DNA of 12,078 bases from Gemmatimonas sp. (GTDB lineage Bacteria; Gemmatimonadota; Gemmatimonadetes; Gemmatimonadales; Gemmatimonadaceae), in assembly GCA_031414535.1 (NCBI GenBank), contig JANNVQ010000013.1, forward strand, positions 1 through 12,078. Reading direction: 5' to 3'. The notes under the pieces are model-generated. The model worked only from the letters and a program-made list of their open reading frames with translations, was not told the origin of the DNA and searched no databases. Shown one piece after another: positions 1 through 7,296 of the stretch. A program made the translations under genes and the position numbers. Each line of letters begins with the position of its first letter. Position 1 is the first letter of the stretch.

Positions 1-24
1 CCAGATGAAAGCAAATACGTTATC

Positions 25-966
25 TTATCTCCCTACCGTTTGAGCTTCTCTTGAAGAAATGGACCACTTCCCGAACGCCCCGGGGGTCTCGATATCAGGC
101 AGGTAGTCCTCGCCCATCAGGTCGAGCTTCGTGAACACCACGCAGTGGGGCTTGGCGGCCAGCTCCGGCGAGTAGTTCTTGATCTCGGCCCTCAGCTGGT
201 CGTACTCGGCCTGCCAATCCATCGAGTCAATGGGGATTACGAAGGCGAGCATGCGCGTGCGCTCGATATGCCGCAAGAACTGCAGTCCGAGCCCCTTACC
301 TTCGTGGGCGCCCTCGATGATGCCGGGGATGTCCGCCACCACGAAGGTGCGGGAGTCCGAGAGCTGCACCACGCCGAGGTTGGGGGCGAGGGTCGTAAAC
401 GGATAGTCGGCGATCTTGGGACGGGCCGCCGAGATCACGCTGAGGAGCGTGGACTTGCCCGCATTCGGCTGGCCCACGAGGCCAATGTCGGCGATGAGCT
501 TGAGCTCGAGCTCCAGCGAGCGAATGACGCCCTCCTCGCCCGGCTGCCACTCGCGCGGCGACTGATGGGTAGCCGTCTGGAAGAAGGAATTGCCCTTCCC
601 TCCACGGCCGCCCTTGGCCACGACAAACTCCTGACCGTGCTCGAGAATCTCGCCCAGCCGTTCGCCGCTGTCGCGGTCGCGAATGACGGTGCCCGGCGGC
701 ACCGGAAGCGTCACGTCCTTCCCGGAACGGCCGGTCTTGTTGCTGCCCATTCCGTGCTCGCCGCGCTCGGCCTCCCACTGATCCTTGTACTTGAAGTCGA
801 GGAGCGTAGAGAGGTTGGCGTCGCCGCGGATGATCACGTCCCCGCCCTTGCCGCCATCGCCACCGTCGGGGCCACCCATTGGGGCGAACTTCTCACGACG
901 GAAGGAACTACAGCCGGAGCCACCGGTGCCAGCTGTTACTCGGACGGCGACGAGATCGATGAACAT
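25..966 (-). CDS. obgE: Obg family GTPase ObgE/CgtA; C-terminus apparently truncated or chimeric
   Basis: N-terminal Gly-rich Obg fold (GGSGCSSFRREKFAPMGGPDGGDGGKGG), G1 GQPNAGKST, G2 YPFTT, G3 DIPG, G4 TKLD. After WSIS the sequence (SREAQTVGR*) lacks the usual G5 SA motif and final helix, and the DNA turns AT-rich. Confidence 0.97.
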   Translation of the reverse strand: MFIDLVAVRVTAGTGGSGCSSFRREKFAPMGGPDGGDGGKGGDVIIRGDANLSTLLDFKYKDQWEAERGEHGMGSNKTGRSGKDVTLPVPPGTVIRDRDSGERLGEILEHGQEFVVAKGGRGGKGNSFFQTATHQSPREWQPGEEGVIRSLELELKLIADIGLVGQPNAGKSTLLSVISAARPKIADYPFTTLAPNLGVVQLSDSRTFVVADIPGIIEGAHEGKGLGLQFLRHIERTRMLAFVIPIDSMDWQAEYDQLRAEIKNYSPELAAKPHCVVFTKLDLMGEDYLPDIETPGAFGKWSISSREAQTVGR

Positions 967-970
967 CTAG

Positions 971-1005
971 GACGGATGACGGATGACGGATGACGGATGA
1001 CGGAA
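971..1005. repeat. Heptamer tandem repeat (GACGGAT)x4 + GACGGAA in the obgE 5' leader
   Basis: Read directly: gacggat at 971, 978, 985 and 992, then gacggaa at 999-1005. It ends 4 nt before the obgE ATG on the minus strand. Confidence 0.95.
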
Positions 1006-1072
1006 GGAGCTAGGGGCTAAAGGTAATGCGTTAACCGCTTCTTTCGTCCTGTTTCTACGCTCATGCCACCGA

Positions 1073-1702
1073 TTATTTGCCGAGTACGCGGGCGAGGAGG
1101 AGGCGGGCGTGCAGGAGCAGACCCGGCTCGATGATGCCCTCGAGGGCGTCGAGGGTGGCCGTCAACTCATCGCGTTCGGCGCCGGCGTTGAGGGCCCCGT
1201 GGAAATGCGAGTGGAGTTGGCGGTCTTGGCCCATCGCCGCGCAAGCGGCCACGATGCACAACTCGCGGAGACTCAGCTCGAGCCCTTGGCGTGAGAGAAT
1301 CTTGCCGTAGCCCTCGCTGATCATCCATTGGTCGAGTGCCGGATGCAGGTGTGCAATGTTCTCGCGCAACTTGCCGTAGAACTTGCCGTACACCACCTCG
1401 CAAGTCTGCTCGCCCTGAGTGCGCCAGCGCCACAGACTCGGCTCCGGAATCTCCTCTGCGGCAGGGGCTGGCGTGCCGCTAATCCGGCGCCACTCGCGCA
1501 TGGCGTTCAGCGTGCGCGGGAATCCCGCCATCAAATAGCTCTGCAGAATGCACTCTTCCACCCACGCCAACGGCGTCTCGGCGGCAATGACGTCGGCGCA
1601 ACCGGCGCGGATGTCGGCTTCGGTGCCGATGGCGATGCGGGCCGAGAATCGCACGAGGGCGGCGATGTCAGCGGGGAGCTGTTCTTGGGCGGGCGATTGC
1701 AT
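1073..1702 (-). CDS. Carboxymuconolactone decarboxylase (CMD)/AhpD-like family protein
   Basis: CMD-like segments (LDQWMISEGYGKILSRQGLELSLRELCIVAACAAMGQDRQLHSHFHGALNAG, and EECILQSYLMAGFPRTLNA). ATG at 1702 (MQSPAQ...) preferred over the upstream start at 1729. No canonical AhpD CxxC. Confidence 0.8.
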   Translation of the reverse strand: MQSPAQEQLPADIAALVRFSARIAIGTEADIRAGCADVIAAETPLAWVEECILQSYLMAGFPRTLNAMREWRRISGTPAPAAEEIPEPSLWRWRTQGEQTCEVVYGKFYGKLRENIAHLHPALDQWMISEGYGKILSRQGLELSLRELCIVAACAAMGQDRQLHSHFHGALNAGAERDELTATLDALEGIIEPGLLLHARLLLARVLGK

Positions 1703-1741
1703 GGACGCGGAACCTGTACTGGGGAACAAAGTCGCGCCAGT

Positions 1742-2728
1742 TCAGGCGGAGCGAATCATTCCGACGGCCTCGCCTCGCGTATTGCGAAGCGGACGGGTCA
1801 GGAATTCGCCGAGCCGGGGTGGCAACTCGTTTGGGAGCACGCCAAGGGCCTGCAGGGCGCGGAGCACGGCCACGTGCTGGGCACGGAGCGCCCCGTCCTC
1901 CACCTTGACGGCGAGCCCGATCCCGAGCGCAGGCACGGCCACGGTGTGGACGCCCTCCGCGCCCACTTTGGTGAGCACGCCACCCTCGGTCTCCTCGAGC
2001 ATCACGGTGTCAAAGCGCTCGGTGCCGCCAAACAGTTGCGGATGCTTGCGAATGGCGCCCACGATGCGCGCTGCTGGCTCTTCCTTGGCCTGCGCGGCGC
2101 GGCCCAAGCGTGCGTACGCGAGCGCCATGCGATCGAGCGGCAATGCCATCACGGCCACGCCACAGCCATCCACGCCGAGTGGCATGTCGTCGAGTGGCAC
2201 GCCCGTCCAAGCCGAGACTTCGCCGAGGCAACTGCGCTGCACCGGGTGTTCGGCTTGCTCGTAACCGACGGTGGCCCATCCGGCCGTTTTGGCGCGTGCG
2301 AGCATGGCGGCGTGCTTGCCCGAGCAGTTGTTGTGCAGGCGGGATGGATTCGCACCGCTCTCTCGTTGAATCCGCGCGCCGCGATTTGACAGCGGTTCGT
2401 GCGGTCCGCAGGCGAGGTCGCCTTCTTCGAGACCGAGGCTTGCGAGCATGCGCTCGGCCAGCGCCACGTGCTCGGGTTCGCCGCCGTGCGAGGCGCAGGC
2501 TAACGCGAGTTCTTCGTCGCCCCAGCCCAGTTGATCGAAGCCGCCGCTGGTGATCAGCGGCATGACCTGGAACGGTTTCGCGCAGGAGCGCCACATGGTT
2601 ACGAGCGCGGAATCTCTTGCGGCGGCAATGAGTACGTCGTCGGGGCCGATGACGGCGGCGTGCACTCGGTGCTTTGACTCTACCGTGTCGCCTCTTGTGA
2701 CTTCGACGTCCAGGTTCAGTGCGTGCAT
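1742..2728 (-). CDS. L-asparaginase II (Rhizobium etli AnsA/ReAV-type family)
   Basis: Family motifs RG..VES.H, RSCAKPFQ, ASHGGE, NNCSGKH, DGCG, KVGAEG and KVEDG; 328 aa. Confidence 0.92.
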   Translation of the reverse strand: MHALNLDVEVTRGDTVESKHRVHAAVIGPDDVLIAAARDSALVTMWRSCAKPFQVMPLITSGGFDQLGWGDEELALACASHGGEPEHVALAERMLASLGLEEGDLACGPHEPLSNRGARIQRESGANPSRLHNNCSGKHAAMLARAKTAGWATVGYEQAEHPVQRSCLGEVSAWTGVPLDDMPLGVDGCGVAVMALPLDRMALAYARLGRAAQAKEEPAARIVGAIRKHPQLFGGTERFDTVMLEETEGGVLTKVGAEGVHTVAVPALGIGLAVKVEDGALRAQHVAVLRALQALGVLPNELPPRLGEFLTRPLRNTRGEAVGMIRSA

Positions 2729-2792
2729 TTCTCTAAACTAATCGCGCGGCTGTTGTGAACTCTTGTTTCGATTTGTTTTCGTTTGCAGGGTC

Positions 2793-2858
2793 GGGAGCCT
2801 ACACGCCCTACGGGACCTGACCTCTTCGAGCACGGTCCCTACGGGCGTGTAGGCTCCC
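2793..2858. repeat. Long imperfect inverted repeat (REP-like hairpin) overlapping the cca 3' end
   Basis: Perfect 16-bp arms gggagcctacacgccc (2793-2808) / gggcgtgtaggctccc (2843-2858), inner arms gggacc (2812-2817) / ggtccc (2834-2839), and an apical ctc-ttc-gag mini-hairpin. Confidence 0.85.
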
Positions 2859-4194
2859 TCGCCACAAGCTTTTGGACCAGCGCCTGCAAGCTGGCGCGGT
2901 CGTTGTGCTCGGGGTTTACGAGCACCTCCTCGAGCAAGGCTGCGAGCGTAGCGCCGAGTTTTGGGCCTAGTGGCACGCCGAGCTTCTGCAGGTCTTCGCC
3001 GTCGAGCGCGAGATCACTCACGGTGAGCGGGTCTCTGAAGGCTGAGCGGATTGCCTGACGGTACAAGGCGACGCCGGCATGAGCTTCAATGCGTTGCGTC
3101 GCGTCAACCTTTGTTCTGGCCCAGAGCAGTCTCGCGAGGCTGGGCACGGCGAGTCGGCCCGCTTGCGCGATGAGACGGCGCAGACGGACGGCGTTCGTGG
3201 CTTGTGCCGGAGCGCTCACGAGGGCTTGCAGTTCTGCCAACGAGATGCTCCCCACTGCGGCGGCGAGTCCGGCGATCGTCCGCGCATCCGCTCCGCTCAG
3301 CTTGAGTGCCTTGAGCGTCTGCTCCAGCGATCGCGCGGGAGCGATGCCTGGCTCAGCGAAGAGCGCGGCGAGGCGCAGCAGGCGACGCTGTGGCCGTCCG
3401 GCTGGGCCGGGCATCGCCAGAAAGTCCAGCGCCGCGAAGCGCTCGTGGGGGACGTCCGCCAACACGGGAACGAGGCTGCGGAGAACGCCCGCGTCGCGGT
3501 AGCGCTCCATGGTTGCGGATGGGCGCGCCACCTGCTCCATCACCTTCTCGAGTTCCTGCTTCACGCGCTCCATGGAGAGGCGCCCAAGCTCGGGTGCGCT
3601 CTCCACGATTGCATCCCAGGTCTTGGCCTCGATCGCAAAATCGAAGCGGCCGGCAAAACGCAGCGCACGCAGGGCGCGTAGGCGATCTTCGCGCATGCGT
3701 TGCGCTGCCTCACCCACGCAGCGCAGCACGCGCTTCTCGAGATCCTCGCGCCCACAAAACGGATCGCGCACTTCCAGTGTCTCGGCGTGCACGGCGATGG
3801 CATTGATGGTGAAGTCGCGGCGCGCGAGATCCTCCTCTAGCGAGGCGCCAAACTTCACCACCGCGTGACGTCCGTCCGTCTCTACGTCGTGGCGGAAGGT
3901 GGTGACTTCGTGCAGCACTTTGTCGCGGTCGAGCACGCCGACGGTGCCAAACTGGATGCCTACCGGCACGGTGCGCTTGAACAACTGTTGCACCTGCTCC
4001 GGGCGGGCCGAGGTGGCGATGTCCCAGTCGAGGGTCTCGATGCCCAACAAGGCATCGCGCACGGCACCGCCCACGCACCAGGCTTCATGGCCGGCGCGCT
4101 CGAGGGTGGCGCAGATGCTGCGAACTTCGCTAGGCGGCGAGAGGCGCAATGGTGCTGGCTGAGGCGAGAACGAGGACACGCGCAACGAGGACAC
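2839..4194 (-). CDS. cca: CCA tRNA nucleotidyltransferase (class II, PcnB/CCA family)
   Basis: VGGAVRD, DWD catalytic DxD, EVTTFR, RRDFTINA, and the EDxxR templating motif (EDRLRALRA). PVGIQFGT replaces the poly(A) polymerase signature. C-terminal LALDGEDL..LG..GP.LG tail. The GTG start is uncertain. Confidence 0.9.
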   Translation of the reverse strand: MSSLRVSSFSPQPAPLRLSPPSEVRSICATLERAGHEAWCVGGAVRDALLGIETLDWDIATSARPEQVQQLFKRTVPVGIQFGTVGVLDRDKVLHEVTTFRHDVETDGRHAVVKFGASLEEDLARRDFTINAIAVHAETLEVRDPFCGREDLEKRVLRCVGEAAQRMREDRLRALRALRFAGRFDFAIEAKTWDAIVESAPELGRLSMERVKQELEKVMEQVARPSATMERYRDAGVLRSLVPVLADVPHERFAALDFLAMPGPAGRPQRRLLRLAALFAEPGIAPARSLEQTLKALKLSGADARTIAGLAAAVGSISLAELQALVSAPAQATNAVRLRRLIAQAGRLAVPSLARLLWARTKVDATQRIEAHAGVALYRQAIRSAFRDPLTVSDLALDGEDLQKLGVPLGPKLGATLAALLEEVLVNPEHNDRASLQALVQKLVAREPTRP

Positions 4195-4212
4195 GCACGA
4201 TGACTGGTGAAT

Positions 4213-5181
4213 CTATGCACCCGACTTCGATCCGTCCTGCGATCCGTCCTGCGCGCGAACGCTCCACGCGAGGCCCGCAAGCACCAGCGCGCCACCAACA
4301 AGCACGGTCCCCGACGCGACTTCATCAAACAGCCACCACGCGATGGCACCGGCGCCGAGTGGCTCGAGCAAGAGGAGCAAACTGATGAGATACGCGGGCA
4401 CGTAGCGCAGGGCCCAGTTGAATCCCGTGTGGCCGGCCAGCATTGGCCCAATGGCGATGGCCGCGAAGATGCCTAGGGTGCTCGTGCCGTAGGGCCAGAG
4501 CACCGTACGCGTGAGCGCCGCGAAGAGGAGCAGGGTGACTAGGCAGGACGCGTACACGAGTCCCACATAGGGCCAGAGACTGAGGCGCTGACGCAGCGAG
4601 CGTCCGGCGAGATAATAGAGGCCGACGGTCAGTGCCCCAACGAGCGCGAGCGCGTTGCCGAGCATTGTGCGGCTCGCCGCGCTGCCGGCTTGTGCGGCAC
4701 CGCCGGCATCTGCTGCACTGCCGGAACTCAACGAGAGCGCGTCGCCTGCACCCACGACGATGGCGCCAACAAGTGCCAGCGCGAGTCCGCCCAGTTGGCG
4801 GCGCGTGGGTTTCTCGCCAAGCCAGAGCGCCGAGCCCGCCACAATCACCACCGGATGCAGGTTCACCAGCAACACACTAGCCGCGATGCTGGTCATGCCG
4901 AGCGAGGCAATCCAGGTCCAAAAATGAATGGCCAGCAGCGCGCCGGCACCCAGTGCCACCCAGAGATCTCGGCGCGCCAAGGCACGCCACTCGCGATAGC
5001 TCCCCGTGACCAAGAGCATCACGGCCACTACGCAGAGCGCGAGAAACATTCTCCACGTCGCGATGGCTAGCGCCGGCGCATCCGCGAGCCTCGCCAGTGG
5101 CCCCGAGATCGAGATGCCGAGCACCGCCAGCGCGAGGACGGCGGGTAGCGCGGCGGGGCGGGAATCGGCAGGGGCGGACAT
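4213..5181 (-). CDS. EamA/DMT family transporter
   Basis: About 10 hydrophobic segments in two EamA repeats (AIATWR; LLAIHFWTWIASL..TSIAASVLL...HP; LGEK; GHTGFNWALRYVPA..ISLLLLLEPLGA; LFDE). Confidence 0.93.
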   Translation of the reverse strand: MSAPADSRPAALPAVLALAVLGISISGPLARLADAPALAIATWRMFLALCVVAVMLLVTGSYREWRALARRDLWVALGAGALLAIHFWTWIASLGMTSIAASVLLVNLHPVVIVAGSALWLGEKPTRRQLGGLALALVGAIVVGAGDALSLSSGSAADAGGAAQAGSAASRTMLGNALALVGALTVGLYYLAGRSLRQRLSLWPYVGLVYASCLVTLLLFAALTRTVLWPYGTSTLGIFAAIAIGPMLAGHTGFNWALRYVPAYLISLLLLLEPLGAGAIAWWLFDEVASGTVLVGGALVLAGLAWSVRAQDGSQDGSKSGA

Positions 5182-5265
5182 TCCGGATGCTCAACCCGCG
5201 AGGCTGGCTGCGCAAGATGCGCGTGGGCACTCCCTCGCAAGCCGATCTCACGCCAGCTTTCGCGG

Positions 5266-6258
5266 ATGCCAAAGTCCCTTCTCCACCGCGCGCGTCTTGA
5301 ATCGCTGTTGAACGCCGTGCACGCCAAGCCACCGCGCATCGCGGTGATTGGTGACGCCATGCTGGACCTCTATCTCAAAGGCGAGGTCGAACGCATCTCG
5401 CCCGAGGCCCCAGTGCCCGTGGTGCGCGTGCGAGAGCGCAAGTACGCGTTGGGCGGAGCGGCGAACGTAGCGCAGAACGTGCTGGCCTTAGGCGCGCGCT
5501 GCGAACTCGTGGCGGCCGTGGGCCGCGACACCGCCGGGACTCAGCTGCGCGAGATGTTGGCCGAGCGGGGCGCTGAGCCGCAGGGCCTCGTGGATTGCGA
5601 GCGGCCCACCACGACCAAGACGCGAGTGGTCGCGCGCAATCAACAGGTGGTGCGCGTGGATGAGGAAGTGGATGTTGATCTCGCCGGAGACGAGGTCACG
5701 AAGGTGCTCAGTGCCGTGCGCAAGGCTGTGAGCGCCGCCGACGCCTTGATACTCGAGGATTACAACAAGGGAGTGCTCGTGCCCGCCGTGATTCGCGCGA
5801 GCATTGACGCGGCGCGGGCCAAGGGCATCCCGGTCGTGGTAGACCCCAAGTTCCGCAATTTCTTTGAGTATCGTGGGTGCACGATTTTTAAGCCGAATCG
5901 CCGTGAGCTGGAGTCGGCACTGGGCGCGGCATTGGACATCGAACACCCCGAGGCCCTGCCCAGCGTGCTCGCGCGCCTCGAGGCCCAGCATCTCCTGCTC
6001 ACGCTGAGCGAGCAAGGCATGGCGCTCATCTCCGCCGATGGCAGCGTAGCGCGCATCCCCACGGCAGCGCGTGAGGTCTACGATGTGGTGGGCGCGGGCG
6101 ACACGGTCACCGCGTACCTCGCCGCGATGCTCGCGGTGGGAGCCTCACCGCTGGAGGCCTCCATCGTGGCCAACTATGCGGCCGGGGTGGAGGTCGGGAA
6201 GGCCGGTGCCGCGACTGTTGCGCCGAGTGAAGTCCTCGAAGCCTACGACGCTCCGTAA
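5266..6258 (+). CDS. rfaE1: D-glycero-beta-D-manno-heptose-7-phosphate kinase (stand-alone RfaE/HldE domain I, HldA)
   Basis: IGDAMLD.YL.G.VERISPEAPVPVV, LGGAANVA, TTTKTRV, DYNKG, VVVDPK, KPNRRE, and the PfkB anion hole VYDVVGAGDT; 330 aa with no adenylyltransferase domain. Confidence 0.93.
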   Translation: MPKSLLHRARLESLLNAVHAKPPRIAVIGDAMLDLYLKGEVERISPEAPVPVVRVRERKYALGGAANVAQNVLALGARCELVAAVGRDTAGTQLREMLAERGAEPQGLVDCERPTTTKTRVVARNQQVVRVDEEVDVDLAGDEVTKVLSAVRKAVSAADALILEDYNKGVLVPAVIRASIDAARAKGIPVVVDPKFRNFFEYRGCTIFKPNRRELESALGAALDIEHPEALPSVLARLEAQHLLLTLSEQGMALISADGSVARIPTAAREVYDVVGAGDTVTAYLAAMLAVGASPLEASIVANYAAGVEVGKAGAATVAPSEVLEAYDAP

Positions 6259-6288
6259 ACGACTCGGCGGCTTAGGACCGGCCCCGCC

Positions 6289-6332
6289 AAAAAAGCGCGG
6301 GCGAGTTCACGATGAACTCCCCCGCGCTTTTT
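6289..6332. terminator. Bidirectional intrinsic terminator between converging genes
   Basis: aaaaaa-gcgcggg-c-gagttca-cga-tgaactc-c-cccgcgc-ttttt: a GC-rich stem flanked by an A-tract and a T-tract, between the stops at 6258 (+) and 6357 (-). Confidence 0.9.
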
Positions 6333-6356
6333 GTGCCTACTGCCCTGCCTGCAGGC

Positions 6357-7145
6357 TTAGAACTTGAGGGCCAAACCAGCGCCGAGCATCAGGCGACCCG
6401 CATTGCCAAACTCGCCGCCGACGTCGAGCAAGGTCGGCGAGATGAACAAGGGCAGATCCTTCACCGGCGCGATGGTGAGCGACAGGTTGATCTGCTGGCT
6501 CGCGTACTCCACGACGGCCGAGCTCATGCTGTTGAGGCGCAGCGAGCTGGAGAAGAAGACGTTGAAGACGACTTCCTCTGCCAGATAGTCTGACGGCGAT
6601 TGGAAGCGGCCGTTGCCCACACCGAGGTTCACGACGGCATCGGTGAACATGCCGCCGTCGCGAATGTGCAGCGAGCGCGTGCCGGTCGCGTAAAACGAGG
6701 GCACGAGGGGGTTTTCGGCGTTCAGGTTGAGATTATCCACGCCAACCGCGAAGCCGTAGTGGCCGAGGACCTTGTGAAGCTTGGCCGAGGCGGTCAAGCC
6801 AGAGCCGAAGCCCGCGCCGATGACCGACGACGAGTTCAGGACGGCTTCAAAGCCGAAGAGACCGCGCCCATCAAACAGGCCAGCGCCGATGGAAATTCCG
6901 GCATCTGCCTTGATTCCGCCGGAGGGGGCGCGGTAGTCGGAGCCGACAAACACGTCGCCGCTCCCCATGCCGAAGCCGATCGGGGTGGAGGACATGACGC
7001 CGGGCAGCGTGCGGCCCAATTCGGCGCCCAACATGCCGGCCGTCGGGAGCGCAGGCCGGGCAGCGGCGCTACCCTGGGCGCTCAGCGCGGCGGGCAGCGT
7101 GAGCGACACGGCAAGCGCGAGGAAAGCGGACGAGCGAAAACGCAT
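6357..7145 (-). CDS. Uncharacterised exported protein, probable outer-membrane beta-barrel (262 aa)
   Basis: ATG at 7145 preceded by GGAG. Signal peptide MRFRSSAFLALAVSLTLPAALSA-Q. Gly/aromatic alternating strands. The C-terminal strand LMLGAGLALKF ends in Phe, resembling a BAM beta-signal. Confidence 0.75.
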   Translation of the reverse strand: MRFRSSAFLALAVSLTLPAALSAQGSAAARPALPTAGMLGAELGRTLPGVMSSTPIGFGMGSGDVFVGSDYRAPSGGIKADAGISIGAGLFDGRGLFGFEAVLNSSSVIGAGFGSGLTASAKLHKVLGHYGFAVGVDNLNLNAENPLVPSFYATGTRSLHIRDGGMFTDAVVNLGVGNGRFQSPSDYLAEEVVFNVFFSSSLRLNSMSSAVVEYASQQINLSLTIAPVKDLPLFISPTLLDVGGEFGNAGRLMLGAGLALKF

Positions 7146-7296
7146 CGGAAAATCTCCAATTATGGAGCGAAGGTGACCTACGACAAAACCCCGACACCGG
7201 GGTGAAGGAATCAAGGGGGAAAGTCTGGCGCAACGCAAGGCGTGTCAAGCGCGACCACGCTACGATCTCGTCACTGTCCGGTGCTGCCGAGTGCTA

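Noticed and set aside
145..993. 282-aa plus-strand ORF opposite obgE, and similar long ORFs at 1328-2389, 1548-2264, 3079-3681, 6600-7205 and 9695-10363
   Set aside because: Antisense or alternate-frame shadows of well-supported genes, expected in high-GC DNA; no recognisable motifs.
971..1005. Tandem repeat as a CRISPR array
   Set aside because: 7-nt units with no spacers, and no cas genes nearby.
2783..3058. 91-aa plus-strand ORF starting MQGREPTRP, mirroring the cca C-terminus
   Set aside because: The peptide identity follows from the DNA palindrome; the rest is antisense to cca.
2839..4194. Poly(A) polymerase (pcnB) call
   Set aside because: Lacks the PAP-specific [LIV][LIV]G[RK][RK]F signature and has the CCA-type VGIQFGT instead.
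7146..7238. Extended N-terminus of the 293-aa ORF call
   Set aside because: The ATG at 7145 has a GGAG RBS and starts a clean signal peptide; the extra 31 codons look like leader sequence.
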